Assembly (NCBI GenBank): GCA_008632985.1
Contig: QPGO01000124.1
Span: 124,001-188,000 of the forward strand
Length of the DNA: 64,000 bases
Reading direction: 5' to 3'
Source of the DNA: Psammoneis japonica
Taxonomy: Eukaryota
The translations under genes were made by a program, and so were the position numbers. Below are positions 11,773-22,373 of the stretch, one piece after another. The notes beneath the pieces were generated by a model. It did no database searches. It had not been told where the DNA came from and saw only the letters and a program-made list of their open reading frames with translations. Numbering within the stretch: the first letter of the stretch is position 1; the number at the start of each line of letters is the position of its first letter.

Positions 11773-14700
11773 TTGACAGCACTTGGTGCACACTGCGCAA
11801 ACGTGTTTGTCTTGCCCTTGATCTTGGTCTTGTTGCCATCTCAACCCCACCCAAATGCCCTCAAAAGCATGCCTTGCAGGATCTCAGTGATTTCCAAGCG
11901 CAGTGCAAGGGCCGCAAATGCGGCCACGACATCAACACACACAGAGCCGGGGCACGTTTTGCGAAATGAATGCGACACACATGCAGACACTTGCTGCACC
12001 GGAGCCAATTGGAAACTCATGGAGCTCACGAACGAAACATGCGAAGCAAGTCCTTTCCTTGAATCACACGAACCTGTTGAGGAAATTCCGGTCGCACGTT
12101 GCTGCACTGTTTGGACAGACCCAGAGACGACGAAGGATTGCCTGCTGGTGGGCGACCAGATGTTGTGGTTTGGGCAGCAGATGGAACACTCCTTGATCAA
12201 TCCAAACCAACTGCGTGCATGCAACATGCCAGTCAATGACAACCCACACAATCCTCAGGACTCATTTGGCATTTCAACGGACGAAGCCTTCATCCCTTTC
12301 CACACCACGGGGACAGCAGTGTCCTTCGATGCTCGAGTGCCAACAGATTGGGAGGAGCAGAATTTGCCAGTTGTCATCTTGACCAGCGAGATGTGGAACC
12401 CGACAGAGGTGGGTGTGGGTTTCCCGAACAAAACTTGTGAGCAACAAGAAATGCGCACTGTTCAATCCTTGACCTCTCACATGCGCAAGTCCGAGATTGC
12501 AGAGATGAGAGCAGAGAGAAAGCAGTCCAAGGCGGTAGGATGGGGAGAAGTCGAAGAAACCATGGCAAGCATTTCCCCGATTCACAACCTCCAGACGTTC
12601 TGTGACCGCATGATTGCATCTGTGAAGATTGCTTGCACACACAGGGAGGATGTTGACAGGCACGAGCATGAGATCTCTGAACTGAGGACCCAAGATGGAC
12701 ACTCAAAGATCACTCCGGAAGAGCTGGCACGCAAGTGGAACGTCGGCCTGGACACAGCAAAGGACATGCTCAATGTGACGACTCAGCGAGGTGTCAGGAC
12801 GTCGACACGGCCTGTGTCGAGGCGCGTCAGGGTGGATCACTTGGACCTGCACCGAAAGCGACTGAAGGGGACGTGGTGTGCCGATGCCCTAATTTCAAAG
12901 GTCAAGTCATTGCTGGGAAACACGTGTGCGAACGTTTGCACTCAGGGGAAGTTTGTCAAAGTCGTTCCCATGGCAGCCAGGTCAGACTCAGGGCAATCAT
13001 TGATCGACTTTACGGATGATGTTGGTGTGCCTGAGATGTTGCTCACGGACGGTGCTGGAGAGTTCACTGGCAAGAACACGGAGTTTGTCAAACACGCGAG
13101 GCGCATGTGCACTCAGCTCCAAAACTCAGAACAGGGACGCAAGAATCAGAACCATGCGGTGGAATGCGAGATTGGATTCCTTGCAAAGCGCTGGAGACTC
13201 AGGATGACGAAGAAGAAAGTGCCGAAGCGATTGTGGGATTTTGGACTTGCACACGAGTCAGAACTGGTGACGCGCATGGCCAGATGATGTGATTGCAGGA
13301 CCGGATGTGAGGAAGTGACTGGACAAACACCGGAGATTGGTGAGCACTTGGATTTCGGGTTCTGTGACTCAGTGTGGTGGTGGGACCGACCAGACAAGCC
13401 AAATGCAACGGACGATCCCAGGCGGCTTGGGCATTGGCTTGGCATGTTGCACAAGGTTGGGTCCGACATGTGCCACTGGATCATCACCGAGAGCGGCAAG
13501 TTGGCATCGAAAACCTCAGTGGAGCACGTTGTGCAGGCCGATCACATTGAGTTGGACAAGCGGAAGCAGATCGATGATTTCAATGAGGCCTTGACTCAGC
13601 GACTTGATGACACGAACTTTGTGATTAAGGGCGATGAGGCAGCACCGGCTTTCTGTTTGGACGATGTTGCAATCGATGGAAGCGATGGGATTCAATGCAA
13701 AGAGGGCGCAACCCCGAGCAACGAGGAGTGCGGTGACATGCTGCAGGATGGTGAGCGCCCAGACGACAACAAGGAGGTTGTTGACCAATGTCTTGGCATG
13801 GAGCTCATCATGGACGTTGGCACCAAGGGCGAAAGGTGTGGGGCAGTCACAAAGCGAGCACGCGGCAACGATGGCAGGCCCCTGGGTTGACGGCACCAGC
13901 ACTCACTGTTTGACACGAGGGAGTGTGAGGTCGAGTTTGCCGACGGCATGACAGACAAGTGTGCTGCGAACATCATTGCCGAAAACATGCATGCTCAGGT
14001 CGACTCGGAGGGGCGTCAATTCTCTGTCTTGCAGGAGATTCAGGACCACCGGAAAGCTGCAGATGCGGTCAGCAAGGAAGATGGCACGGTCACGACAGCC
14101 GGTGGGCAGGTTGAACACAAGGTCACGACGAAGGGATGGGAGCTTCTAGTGCTTTGGCGTGATGGGAGCACAAGCTGGGTCAAGCTAAAAGACTCCAAGG
14201 CATCTGACCCGATTGAAGTTGCCGAATGCGCGGTGGCGAACCGGATCTCTGATGAACCAGCATTTGCTTGGTGGGCATCACATGTTTTGCGCAAACGCAA
14301 CCGGATCATTTCCAAGGCCAAGTCGAAGTGCTGGCGCACAACGCACAAGTTTGGGGTCATGCCACTGAAGAGTGTGGATGATGCGCTCCGGATCGACAGG
14401 GAAACGGGGACAGATTGCTGGGCACAAGCAATCAATGAGGAAATGAGCAAGGCAAAGGTTGCCTGGCGGAAACACGAAGGTGAGACACCCGAGGAGGTTT
14501 GTGAGGGTAAGAGCAACACGTTGCGTGGTTGCCAGGAAATCCAGTGTCATGTGGTCTTGACGTCAAGATGGACTTCACTCGCAAGGCAAGGTTTGTTGTG
14601 GGTGGACATGCCACCACAGCCCCAGATTCGATTGCATGCTCCAGTGTGGTTTCCCGAGACAGCGTCCGCATTGCTTTCATGTTGGCGGCGCTCAACGGCA

Positions 14701-16030
14701 TTGATGTCACTGCGATTGACCTGGAGAATGCACATTTGAACGCACCGTGTGCCGAGAAGATGTGGTTTGAGGGTGGCACTGAGTGCGGCGAGTTCAAAGG
14801 GTGCGCATTAATTGTTGTCAGAGCACTTTACGGACTGAAGAGTGCGGGGTTTTCTTGGCGATCAGCTTTTGCCTCTGCACTCCGCGATGTGGGTTTCGAG
14901 CCGACTCCAGCAGATCCAGACATTTGCCTGCGTGCCGCGGCTCGCGGGGATGGACACGAGCACTGCGAGATGCTTTTGGTCTACGTCGACGACGTGTTGA
15001 TCGTATCACACCAAGGCAATTCAATTTGCAAAGCGATTTTGTCGCACTGCAAAATCAAACCCGGAAGCGAAAGTGAACCTGAGACATGCCTGGGCACCAC
15101 AATCGAGAAGGCACAGACTCCAGATGGGCGAATGATTTGGGCCAGCTCTAAGGGCGTGCGTCAAGAATGCAATTAAGACAGTGGAGGACCTGCTGACAGA
15201 GGACGGCGATGGCGCGGTTCTCAAGAACAACGTAAAGGGCCCGTTTCCAGCAAACTGCAAACCGGAATTGGACGTGACGGACGAGTTGGGGCCAGAACTG
15301 CCATCGCGACACTTGCAGCTGATTGGGATGGCAAGGTGGGCGATTGAACTTGGGCGCATTGATGTGCTGCTTGAAGTGTCTTTGTTGTCTCAATGCCAGG
15401 CAAATCCGAGGAAAGGGCATTTGGAGGCGCTGCATCACGTCTTCGTGTGATCCGAAGGTGCCTGAGGTTGATGAGTCACTGTTTGACACCAAGGCGGACA
15501 GGACGGAGTTCTACGGAGAAGTCGAGGAGGAGATGCCACCCAGAATGCTGAAGGCGCACGGGAATCCAGTGACCATCAGTGCATTTGTCGATGCGAGTCA
15601 TGCTGGGAATGTCATTGCTCGCAGGTCGCACTCTGGAATTATCCTCTTTGTGAACAATGCACCAATCATGTGGTTCAGCAAGAAGCAGAGTGCAGTGGAA
15701 ACGTCGCATTTGGGAGCGAGCCAGTGGCAATGCGGATTTGCAAGGAGATGATTGTCGCACTGCGTTGCAAGCTTCGCATGTTTGGGGTCCCGGTCGATGG
15801 GCCGGCGAATGTGTTTTGTGACAACCGTGGCGTGGCAAAGAATGCAAGCATTTCGGAATCCACGTTGCACAAGAAGCATGACGCAATCAACTGTCATTCA
15901 GTGAGAGAAGCAGTTGCGGCTGGGTTTGTGAGGGTCGGAAAGGAAGATGCTGAGACCAATCTTGCGGATCTGTTGACGAAAGTTTTGAAAGGCGAGAAGT
16001 GGTGGCAGCTTTGTTTATTTCTGTTTTGGC
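11773..16030 (+). pseudogene. pol: Copia pol (protease, integrase, RT, RNase H) with stops and frameshifts
   Basis: Motifs 'DTHADTCC' (PR-like), 'TDGAGEF' and 'QNHAVECEIG' (INT), 'DFTRKARFVVGGH', 'RALYGLKSAG' and 'VYVDD' (RT), 'FVDASHAG', 'CDN' and 'NLADLLTK' (RNase H). Confidence 0.92.
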
Positions 16031-16176
16031 AGCCAAGGTCCAGGGCCTGTGACTCGCATCCACACCTTGCAACCTCCCAGCCAAGCTAGTTGGCGGCTAA
16101 CTGGGTGTGTTTTGCCTCTTGACAAGAGGATGTTTTGAGAGTGCGAGTCGGTCTGGCAATGCCGACTCACGGGGAC

Positions 16177-16341
16177 CGAGTAAAATCCGATGCGGTGGTT
16201 GTGCAGACGGCACTGGTGCAAGCCACAAGAGAGAAGAGCAGCTTGTGACGTTAGAGAGAACGATGCGACAACGAAATCTTTGGGCTTGCGAACGGCAAGG
16301 GAGCTGTGGATGCAGCCGCACCTCCACATCCAGATTTGTTC
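16177..16341 (+). repeat. 3' LTR of copia element
   Basis: Direct repeat of 9653-9817, preceded by a short purine tract GGGGAC. Confidence 0.93.
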
Positions 16342-16474
16342 GGCGGTGCCATCAATCGTGCAGTCCGTGTTGCCCCCCTCACATTCCACCTCACTGGTGG
16401 TCCCATGAAAAGACACTGTGCGGGTGAGAGAGATGGTGGCTCCCAAACAGACAGCAATGCGCCTGAAACCTTTT

Positions 16475-16870
16475 GACGCGTTCCAGCTCTAGGTGGGACC
16501 TCGCACTGCTGGACTGTGACACAACCATTTTTTGTCATCCGTCGCATGTTTTGCATGTACATTTCTACGTGTTCTGTTGTAAAAAATTGTTCCACACTGC
16601 CTCTTTTGCGAAGCCAAAGGCTTTCTGTTTTCTGCATTCATGGCAACAAAAATGCGCTGGGCATGTTGTTTAATGTCTAAAGAACACACCCGGGCAAACT
16701 GTAAATGACGCACTTCAAATTTGGAGGAGGAGATGCGTTCGTAAAATTGCCTCTATTTCTGTCAGCGATCATTCATGTTTTCATTGCTTGACAATTTTAC
16801 TGCGGAGCTCGCACGTAGAATTCTACGCGCCCAATGTCACAAAAAGTCCCACCTGGGATTGGAGCAAGTC
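16475..16870. mobile_element. Non-autonomous TIR element (family A, copy 1)
   Basis: Termini GACGCGTTCCAGCTCTAGGTGGGAC...GTCCCACCTGGGATTGGAGCAAGTC with 4-bp TSD TTTT. Homologous to 18279-18669 in inverted orientation. Confidence 0.85.
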
Positions 16871-17696
16871 TTTTGACGCTGCAATGCAAAAAGTCGTGTC
16901 ATTCGACACACACGTCAAGGATCTCCACTTGTCGACAACGTTCTCTCTAATGTTGGAGAAAAATTGTCCCAGCGACGGCGTCAGTCGTCAGCTGCTTTCA
17001 TTTCTTTTGTGCTCTCCGTGGAGTCAAAGCGAGGCTGCACCTTGACCGCCTGCCAGGACAAGCATGACAAAGAGGAGGGAGAAGGAGTGCAACTTCATCT
17101 TCAAAAACATCAGCGCAGTGGGGGCGTCCTCTTGGACGGGAAGAGACATGGCAGGTGCAGCCGTGGGGAGAGGAGTCGTTGGTGTTCTTGTCGGGACTGC
17201 AGCGGCAGAGATTGCCGGAGGAATGTCCTTGCTTGCTTCTCCGCGGTGGTCTCCGCGGTCGGCCGTGATGACGGCGGTGTCCGTTCTCGTCGATTCCGAC
17301 ACATTCCTTGTTGGTGACACTGGCACAGGCCTTTTGGTGTCGCTTGTCACGTTTGTGTCTTTACGAGTCACGGCCTGCATGCATTCATCATTTGGAATCC
17401 GTTGGCAACAAGCCATGCCAATTTTTGAGAAAGAGATGGCACAGCAGATTCCACCCAACCCTCTTCTTGATGACTCTCCACAACTCGCTGCATGTCAAAC
17501 ACAACAGCCTTCAGTTGGCCGTGTTCACCCCGGTAGATCCCCACATTCCGCCAAGCTACATCGTCATGGCAAAAGCCATTTTCTTGAAAGTCCTCCCGCA
17601 GTGTTGTCTCAACAGCCTTCAAAGTTTCCTGTGTTCGCTTCGGACATTGAAGCCAGGGCATCAGCAGGGCTGTTTGCTGCATGACTTGAGGGCGCA

Positions 17697-18006
17697 CTGA
17701 ATTAAAGTCGTGCATTGGGCACACCCTCCAGCGAAAAGTGGGGGAGGGAGGGCAATGGTGCAAAACCATGTCATTCTGTAAAACACGTGCTTTGTTGTGT
17801 AAAACACATGATTGGCTCAGCACCTCATCTTCTACGTAGGATCCACATGGGACCTGTCCGTCGTGCGCCGGGCCGTGTTCCACATTTTGACTGTTCATGC
17901 GTGCCAAATGCACGCGCGTTTTACAGAAACGTCCGTTTTACAGATCTGGCCATTCGGGGGCAAAAGTGGGGTGAGGGCATGCGTCCAATGCGCGACTTTA
18001 ATTCAG
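17697..18006. mobile_element. Tc1/mariner-type MITE
   Basis: TIRs CTGAATTAAAGTCGTGCATTGG...CCAATGCGCGACTTTAATTCAG, flanked by CA on both sides (17695-96, 18007-08), read as a mutated TA TSD. Confidence 0.8.
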
Positions 18007-18278
18007 CATGCCCTGAACGGTTCGAACAGTCTGCTTCACGGGATGAAGATGTGAGGACACTTCTTTCCATGTGCGCAACTCATGTTCCGCTCTGCGCGCA
18101 GCATCCTTGAAGAAAAACTTCAATGCGCCTGCAGCGCCCTTTGTGCCGCCAGAAACAAGGAAGGCTTTGCCATCAGCACCAGCACCAAGATGTTCCCAGA
18201 GAAAAAAATTCCTCACAACATTGGACACACACAGATCAAAATTCAAGCTTTGCAATGGCGGAGCCTTTTTCCACACAA

Positions 18279-18669
18279 GACGGGTTCCAGTCCCAGGTGG
18301 GACTTTTTGTGACATTTGGCCCGTAGAATTCTACGTACGAGCTCCGCATTACAAGAATTCAATTGATGGACATTTTTGTCTTCAACATCAAACAAACGAC
18401 CAAGTTTGTGGTGCAATTGTGACCATTGCCGCTTGACATTTTCGGCAATCCGCCTGCCCTGCACCATTCTCAAGACATTTGCAAATGGCGCAGAAGAAAA
18501 AAATGTCAAAAGTTGTTGGACGGATCGCTCAACAAGTGTGCCACAAAATGACACAAAATTTCAGAAAAGTCACGTACCTTTCTACGTGCGCGACATGTGA
18601 TGCGATCCAAAAAACAGTCGATGTCACAGTTCAGCAGCACGAGGTCCCACCCAGAGCTGGAACGTCGTC
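18279..18669. mobile_element. Non-autonomous TIR element (family A, copy 2)
   Basis: GACGGGTTCCAGTCCCAGGTGGGAC...GTCCCACCCAGAGCTGGAACGTCGTC with TSD ACAA (18275-78, 18670-73). Excision restores the kinase-gene frame 'ETTFVWKK'. Confidence 0.88.
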
Positions 18670-20030
18670 ACAAATGTTGTTTCACTGGCCAAACGTAATG
18701 CTTTGGGCAAGCAATCTTGCCGGGCAAGCATCATCTTTTTGATCACCGACAACAACACCTTTGGGAGACGACTCTCATTCCATTCCACTGCCTCCGTTCT
18801 GCAGAATTTGCGAGTGTGGTCATCGGCGCCCAAAATCTCCATGCCCGCAACTGATTGTGGAACATCGGGAGACTGTGTGAGCACCCAGGGCCTTTTTTCC
18901 GACTGGGAGTTTGTTGCAGCGGTGGAGAGTCTGCTTCCTCATCCATCAAATTCATGTCCCCGAACTCATTCACCAAGTCTTGTTTCGGCTTCACTGGATT
19001 GGTGTGTGGATCAGGTGATGGAAGTTGTGCAAGAGCAGCGCGACTGTTGCTCGCTGGTTCGTCCAACCAAAAAATTCTCCACTGTTTGTAGCTTGCAAGT
19101 GTCGCAAAAGGAATGTCCACCCCAAACATGCTGTGAAGATGTTGCAATTGGTCGCACACCTCGCCCAAAACATTTGGATGGGTCATTGCACAGTCACCAG
19201 GTTGCTTGCCTTCGATCGTTCCGACCAGATGACCCTTCATGAGTGTCACCATGAAATCCGGCCGATTTGTCATTACTTCAACTTCTTCACGAATCGTTGT
19301 TGCTCCTTTGACGCCCATCGCATCAAGAACATCCATCAAAACATGCTCCACAAACTTGTTGACTCCACTCTCATTTGCAAAGCCGCCAAGGTGGCCCTTT
19401 TCGGTGATTCGATTCCATGTGTTATCCACGGGGAAGCCAGGCTCTTCTAAATCTGAAAGGACTGAAAACGGGGCCATTTTCATAGAGGCTGGTGCATGTT
19501 GCTCATCCGTTGGCACGTTGGGGTTGGATGTGAAATGAGCAGACTCCGAGAGTGGTCCCATTTCTGGCAATCCATGTGAGAAGATTGATCGCTGTTGTTG
19601 CTGCTGTTTTTCTAGCTAGCTTGTTGCCAAGTTCACACGCCAGGGGTCCTTCAACAGAGGTGTGCTGCCACAATTCGTCGACCGAAACACCCAACAGTCT
19701 CGATGGTTTGTTGTAACCAGCCGAGAGAAGCTGGGCTGCAGCAGCACCAGCGTCGTCCTCATCAGCCCCTCGACTTTTCAACCATGCTTCCAGCTCATCG
19801 TTGCTCTCAAACTTCGCATCGTCACTCATCTTTCTTTAGATGCCAGCTGGCAGCAACATGAAAGGCTGTTTGACGACGAATGACGAGCCACTCCAATGAG
19901 CCATGTGCAAAAATCACGTAGAATTTTTACGTAAAAAAATTCATAAAAAGCAGGGTCGGTTTCGTCGGGCAGATTTTTTTCTCGTGCTCGCGGCGCCAAA
20001 TGCCCAGTTGCCACACCCGGGGGTCATTGC

Positions 20031-20724
20031 GAATCATAGATTCCCTGCCACCACCTCGGCTTGGCTACAACCCCGATGACATGGCACAGTGCAAGCCACC
20101 GAATGGACGCAACAATCAACACACGAATGTGTCCAATGTGTGACACATGTGTGAGCACATGTGTTTGTGTGATGCTGCTGAGATGGCAGCTAGAAAATGG
20201 GGAACAAATCTACGGATCTAAATCCGTCCATTTTGTTCTCCAGCACTGTGTGAACAGAGGGCAGTGTGGGTGGGAATTTTCAGCGTTGTTGGCCCATGTC
20301 GGGACACCGCAACTGATCCCATTGCTGCCGATCATCTGCCAAGAACAATGAGGGAACATGGGCGGCCTCTCGTCGTCGACCGTCATCTGTCCATCCACCT
20401 TCGACTGTGCACTGCCATCGCGCGGTGACTCCTCCAAGAGCGCGACCGCCCACAAGGTGTCCTCTCCTTGTGCTTGGCCTGCCGTCTTGGCTTCGAGAAT
20501 CGTAGATTCCCTGCCACCGCCTTGGCTTGGCTACAACCCCGATGACATGGCACAGTGCAAGCTGCCAAATGGACGCAACAATCAATGCACGAACACATCC
20601 AATGTGTGACACACACACGAGCACATGTGTTTGTGTGATGCTGCTGAGACAGCAGCTAGAAAATGGGGAACAAATCTACGGATCTAAATCCGTCCATTTT
20701 GTTCTCCAGCACTGTGTGAACAGA
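20031..20724 (-). repeat. Ngaro 3' repeats B2 (20031-20258), A2 (20272-20497), B1 (20497-20724)
   Basis: The B copies are 228-bp direct repeats. A2 matches 26340-26566. Confidence 0.9.
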
Positions 20725-21146
20725 CCATGCTGCTGCCGACGCATTGTACGAAGTGCAATGTGCGCGCCCATGTCATCGGAGGCACAAGAGCCAGCCGGGA
20801 AAAAAAGAAAAAGAAAAAGAAAAAAGAAAACTGAGATTTAAACGAAGAATGTGACTCGTCGGTCCGTCTCGTGCAAATCGTCATAAAACGACATTATGAC
20901 ATTTTCGCCGTCATTTTGACAGTGCGATCCACTTGATCAAGTCGTCAAATTCACGATGATGTGGACGCAGACGAGTGTAGAATCATTGCCGAAGCGGAGC
21001 TCGCGAGCAATGGGCAGACGAAAAACTGCACCCACCGTCTGTCGGATGTGAGTGTGCCGCAAAGAGGAAAACTCAGCCAAAATGAACACATTCATTTTTG
21101 TAAAAGAAATGAAAGATGCAAATTTTCAAACCACAATTTTGAAAAA

Positions 21147-22250
21147 TTACAGAAGGTGGGGCATGGCCACGGAGCGGTCGAGCGCCCGGCATTGGCGATC
21201 TGCCAGCAAAGCAGAATTACGCAAGTGCACCATGAAGGCAGCAGAGCGCCAACGCAAAAGAAACTGAATAGATTCGGCGCTAAAGTTCATTTGGTGAAGC
21301 ATCGAACAAGCACCAACGCGAAGAGAGTGGGCCAACCATTGCTTGATGGCCTTTTCGTCCTTTTCCGGATCAAGTTTGTAGACCTTGGCAGCCACCTCAC
21401 GCATGTCCTCTTCAATGTCCTTGGAGGTGATGAGCTTTCACTCGCTGCCAGCAGGCTTGCACAGCGACAGAGGTGTTGTTGCATCATTCTTGCCGCGAAT
21501 GCGGACGAAACGTTCAATGATGCAGTGCACAGGCTTGACCAGATCAAGCCCTCCTTGGCGAAGATTCAAGGTGAAGATCTTCTCCTCGCCATGATGGCCA
21601 TTCTTCTGAGTGTGCCACTTGATCCACATTTTGGCGATAGACTCGACCGGGACACTCAGAATGTCAGCCCCCTTGAGTCGTTGATAATTCGTGGTCTCGA
21701 TGCGGACATCATTCAAGCACCATGCACGAGTGGCTCCCTCAAAATTCAATGCGGGATGCTCCGGATTCAAACAAGCTCGCAGTCTGTGCCCACTCTTGGA
21801 GACGGGCACCACAAAATGAGCACACTTGGCACCAGTTGGCAACAACGCAAGCAAAACCATCCGGGTCAGCAGAACGCTGGGCATCGGCCCGCGCCTTGGA
21901 TTCTTGCAGCATTTTGGCACTGCAGCACTCTCGGCGGTTCGGAGCTTCATCATGTGTTCGAGCTCCTTCTTGACAGCCGTGAAAATGACACCCATTCTAG
22001 CATCAGACGGATGATCAAAGTGATGATCGCGGCAGCGTCCGCACAGTGCAACAAATTAGCAACATCTCGAACATGGCTCATGGCTGCATCCGATTTTAGC
22101 TGTTTGCAAAATGTGGGGTTACCTCCTGCAACATGCAGAGCGTACATGGCAAGCTGAAGCTGACAGCGGCGCTCCGGAAGCCGTTCCACAAGCATCTCCG
22201 GGTCATCCACGTCCCATTTCATGTCCTTGGCGAACTTGAAATAGTGAATG
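21147..22250 (-). pseudogene. Tyrosine recombinase of the Ngaro element
   Basis: 'HSLRVGA...LLRWRSAAFMVHLRN' shows the H-x-x-R and W box, with His where the catalytic Tyr is expected. Frame is broken. Confidence 0.85.
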
Positions 22251-22373
22251 CGTCGCGCACGAGCCGTCCTGACCGCGGTGGGGTCTCCACAGGGACTGGC
22301 AACGACGCGGAGAACAACCAAGAGTAGACCAGCTGTAGAAGTTCTTGACTTGGGAGGAAAAAGGTCCAGGTCT

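Larger units (their letters stand above)
9653..16341 (+). mobile_element. Full-length Ty1/copia LTR retrotransposon (CoDi-like), inactivated
   Basis: Two 165-bp LTRs, target duplication GGCGG (9648-9652, 16342-16346), gag followed by pol in INT-RT-RNaseH order. Confidence 0.95.
8851..17098 (-). pseudogene. Secreted Pmp-like (GGA/FxxN repeat, beta-helix) protein gene split by a MITE and a copia element
   Basis: Signal peptide MKLHSFSLLFVMLVLAGGQG at 17098. 'VECEGGNTDCTIDGTA' at ~16350 continues as 'FDTTGDHLD' at ~9647 once the copia is removed. Repeats 'FDGNTAKWGGAV', 'FANNVATRGGAL' and 'FEGN' at 9000-9220. Confidence 0.6.
17368..19829 (-). pseudogene. Crinkler-like protein: N-terminal helical header, PD-(D/E)XK nuclease, protein kinase; interrupted by two MITEs
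   Basis: REase-fold segment 'NRPDFMV...GTIEGKQPG...LGEVCDQL...ASYKQWR' and kinase motifs 'LGAGADGKAF', 'ALKFF', 'HDDVAWRNVG', 'VVFD'. The frame rejoins after removing 18279-18669 and 17697-18006. Confidence 0.7.

Noticed and set aside
11773..16030. Alternative genetic code (TGY/CAY read as Tyr)
   Set aside because: Neighbouring housekeeping genes use TAY for conserved Tyr, and noncoding LTRs and TSDs show the same change.
20961..22157. 398-aa plus-strand ORF
   Set aside because: It is antisense to the tyrosine recombinase and has no recognisable motifs.
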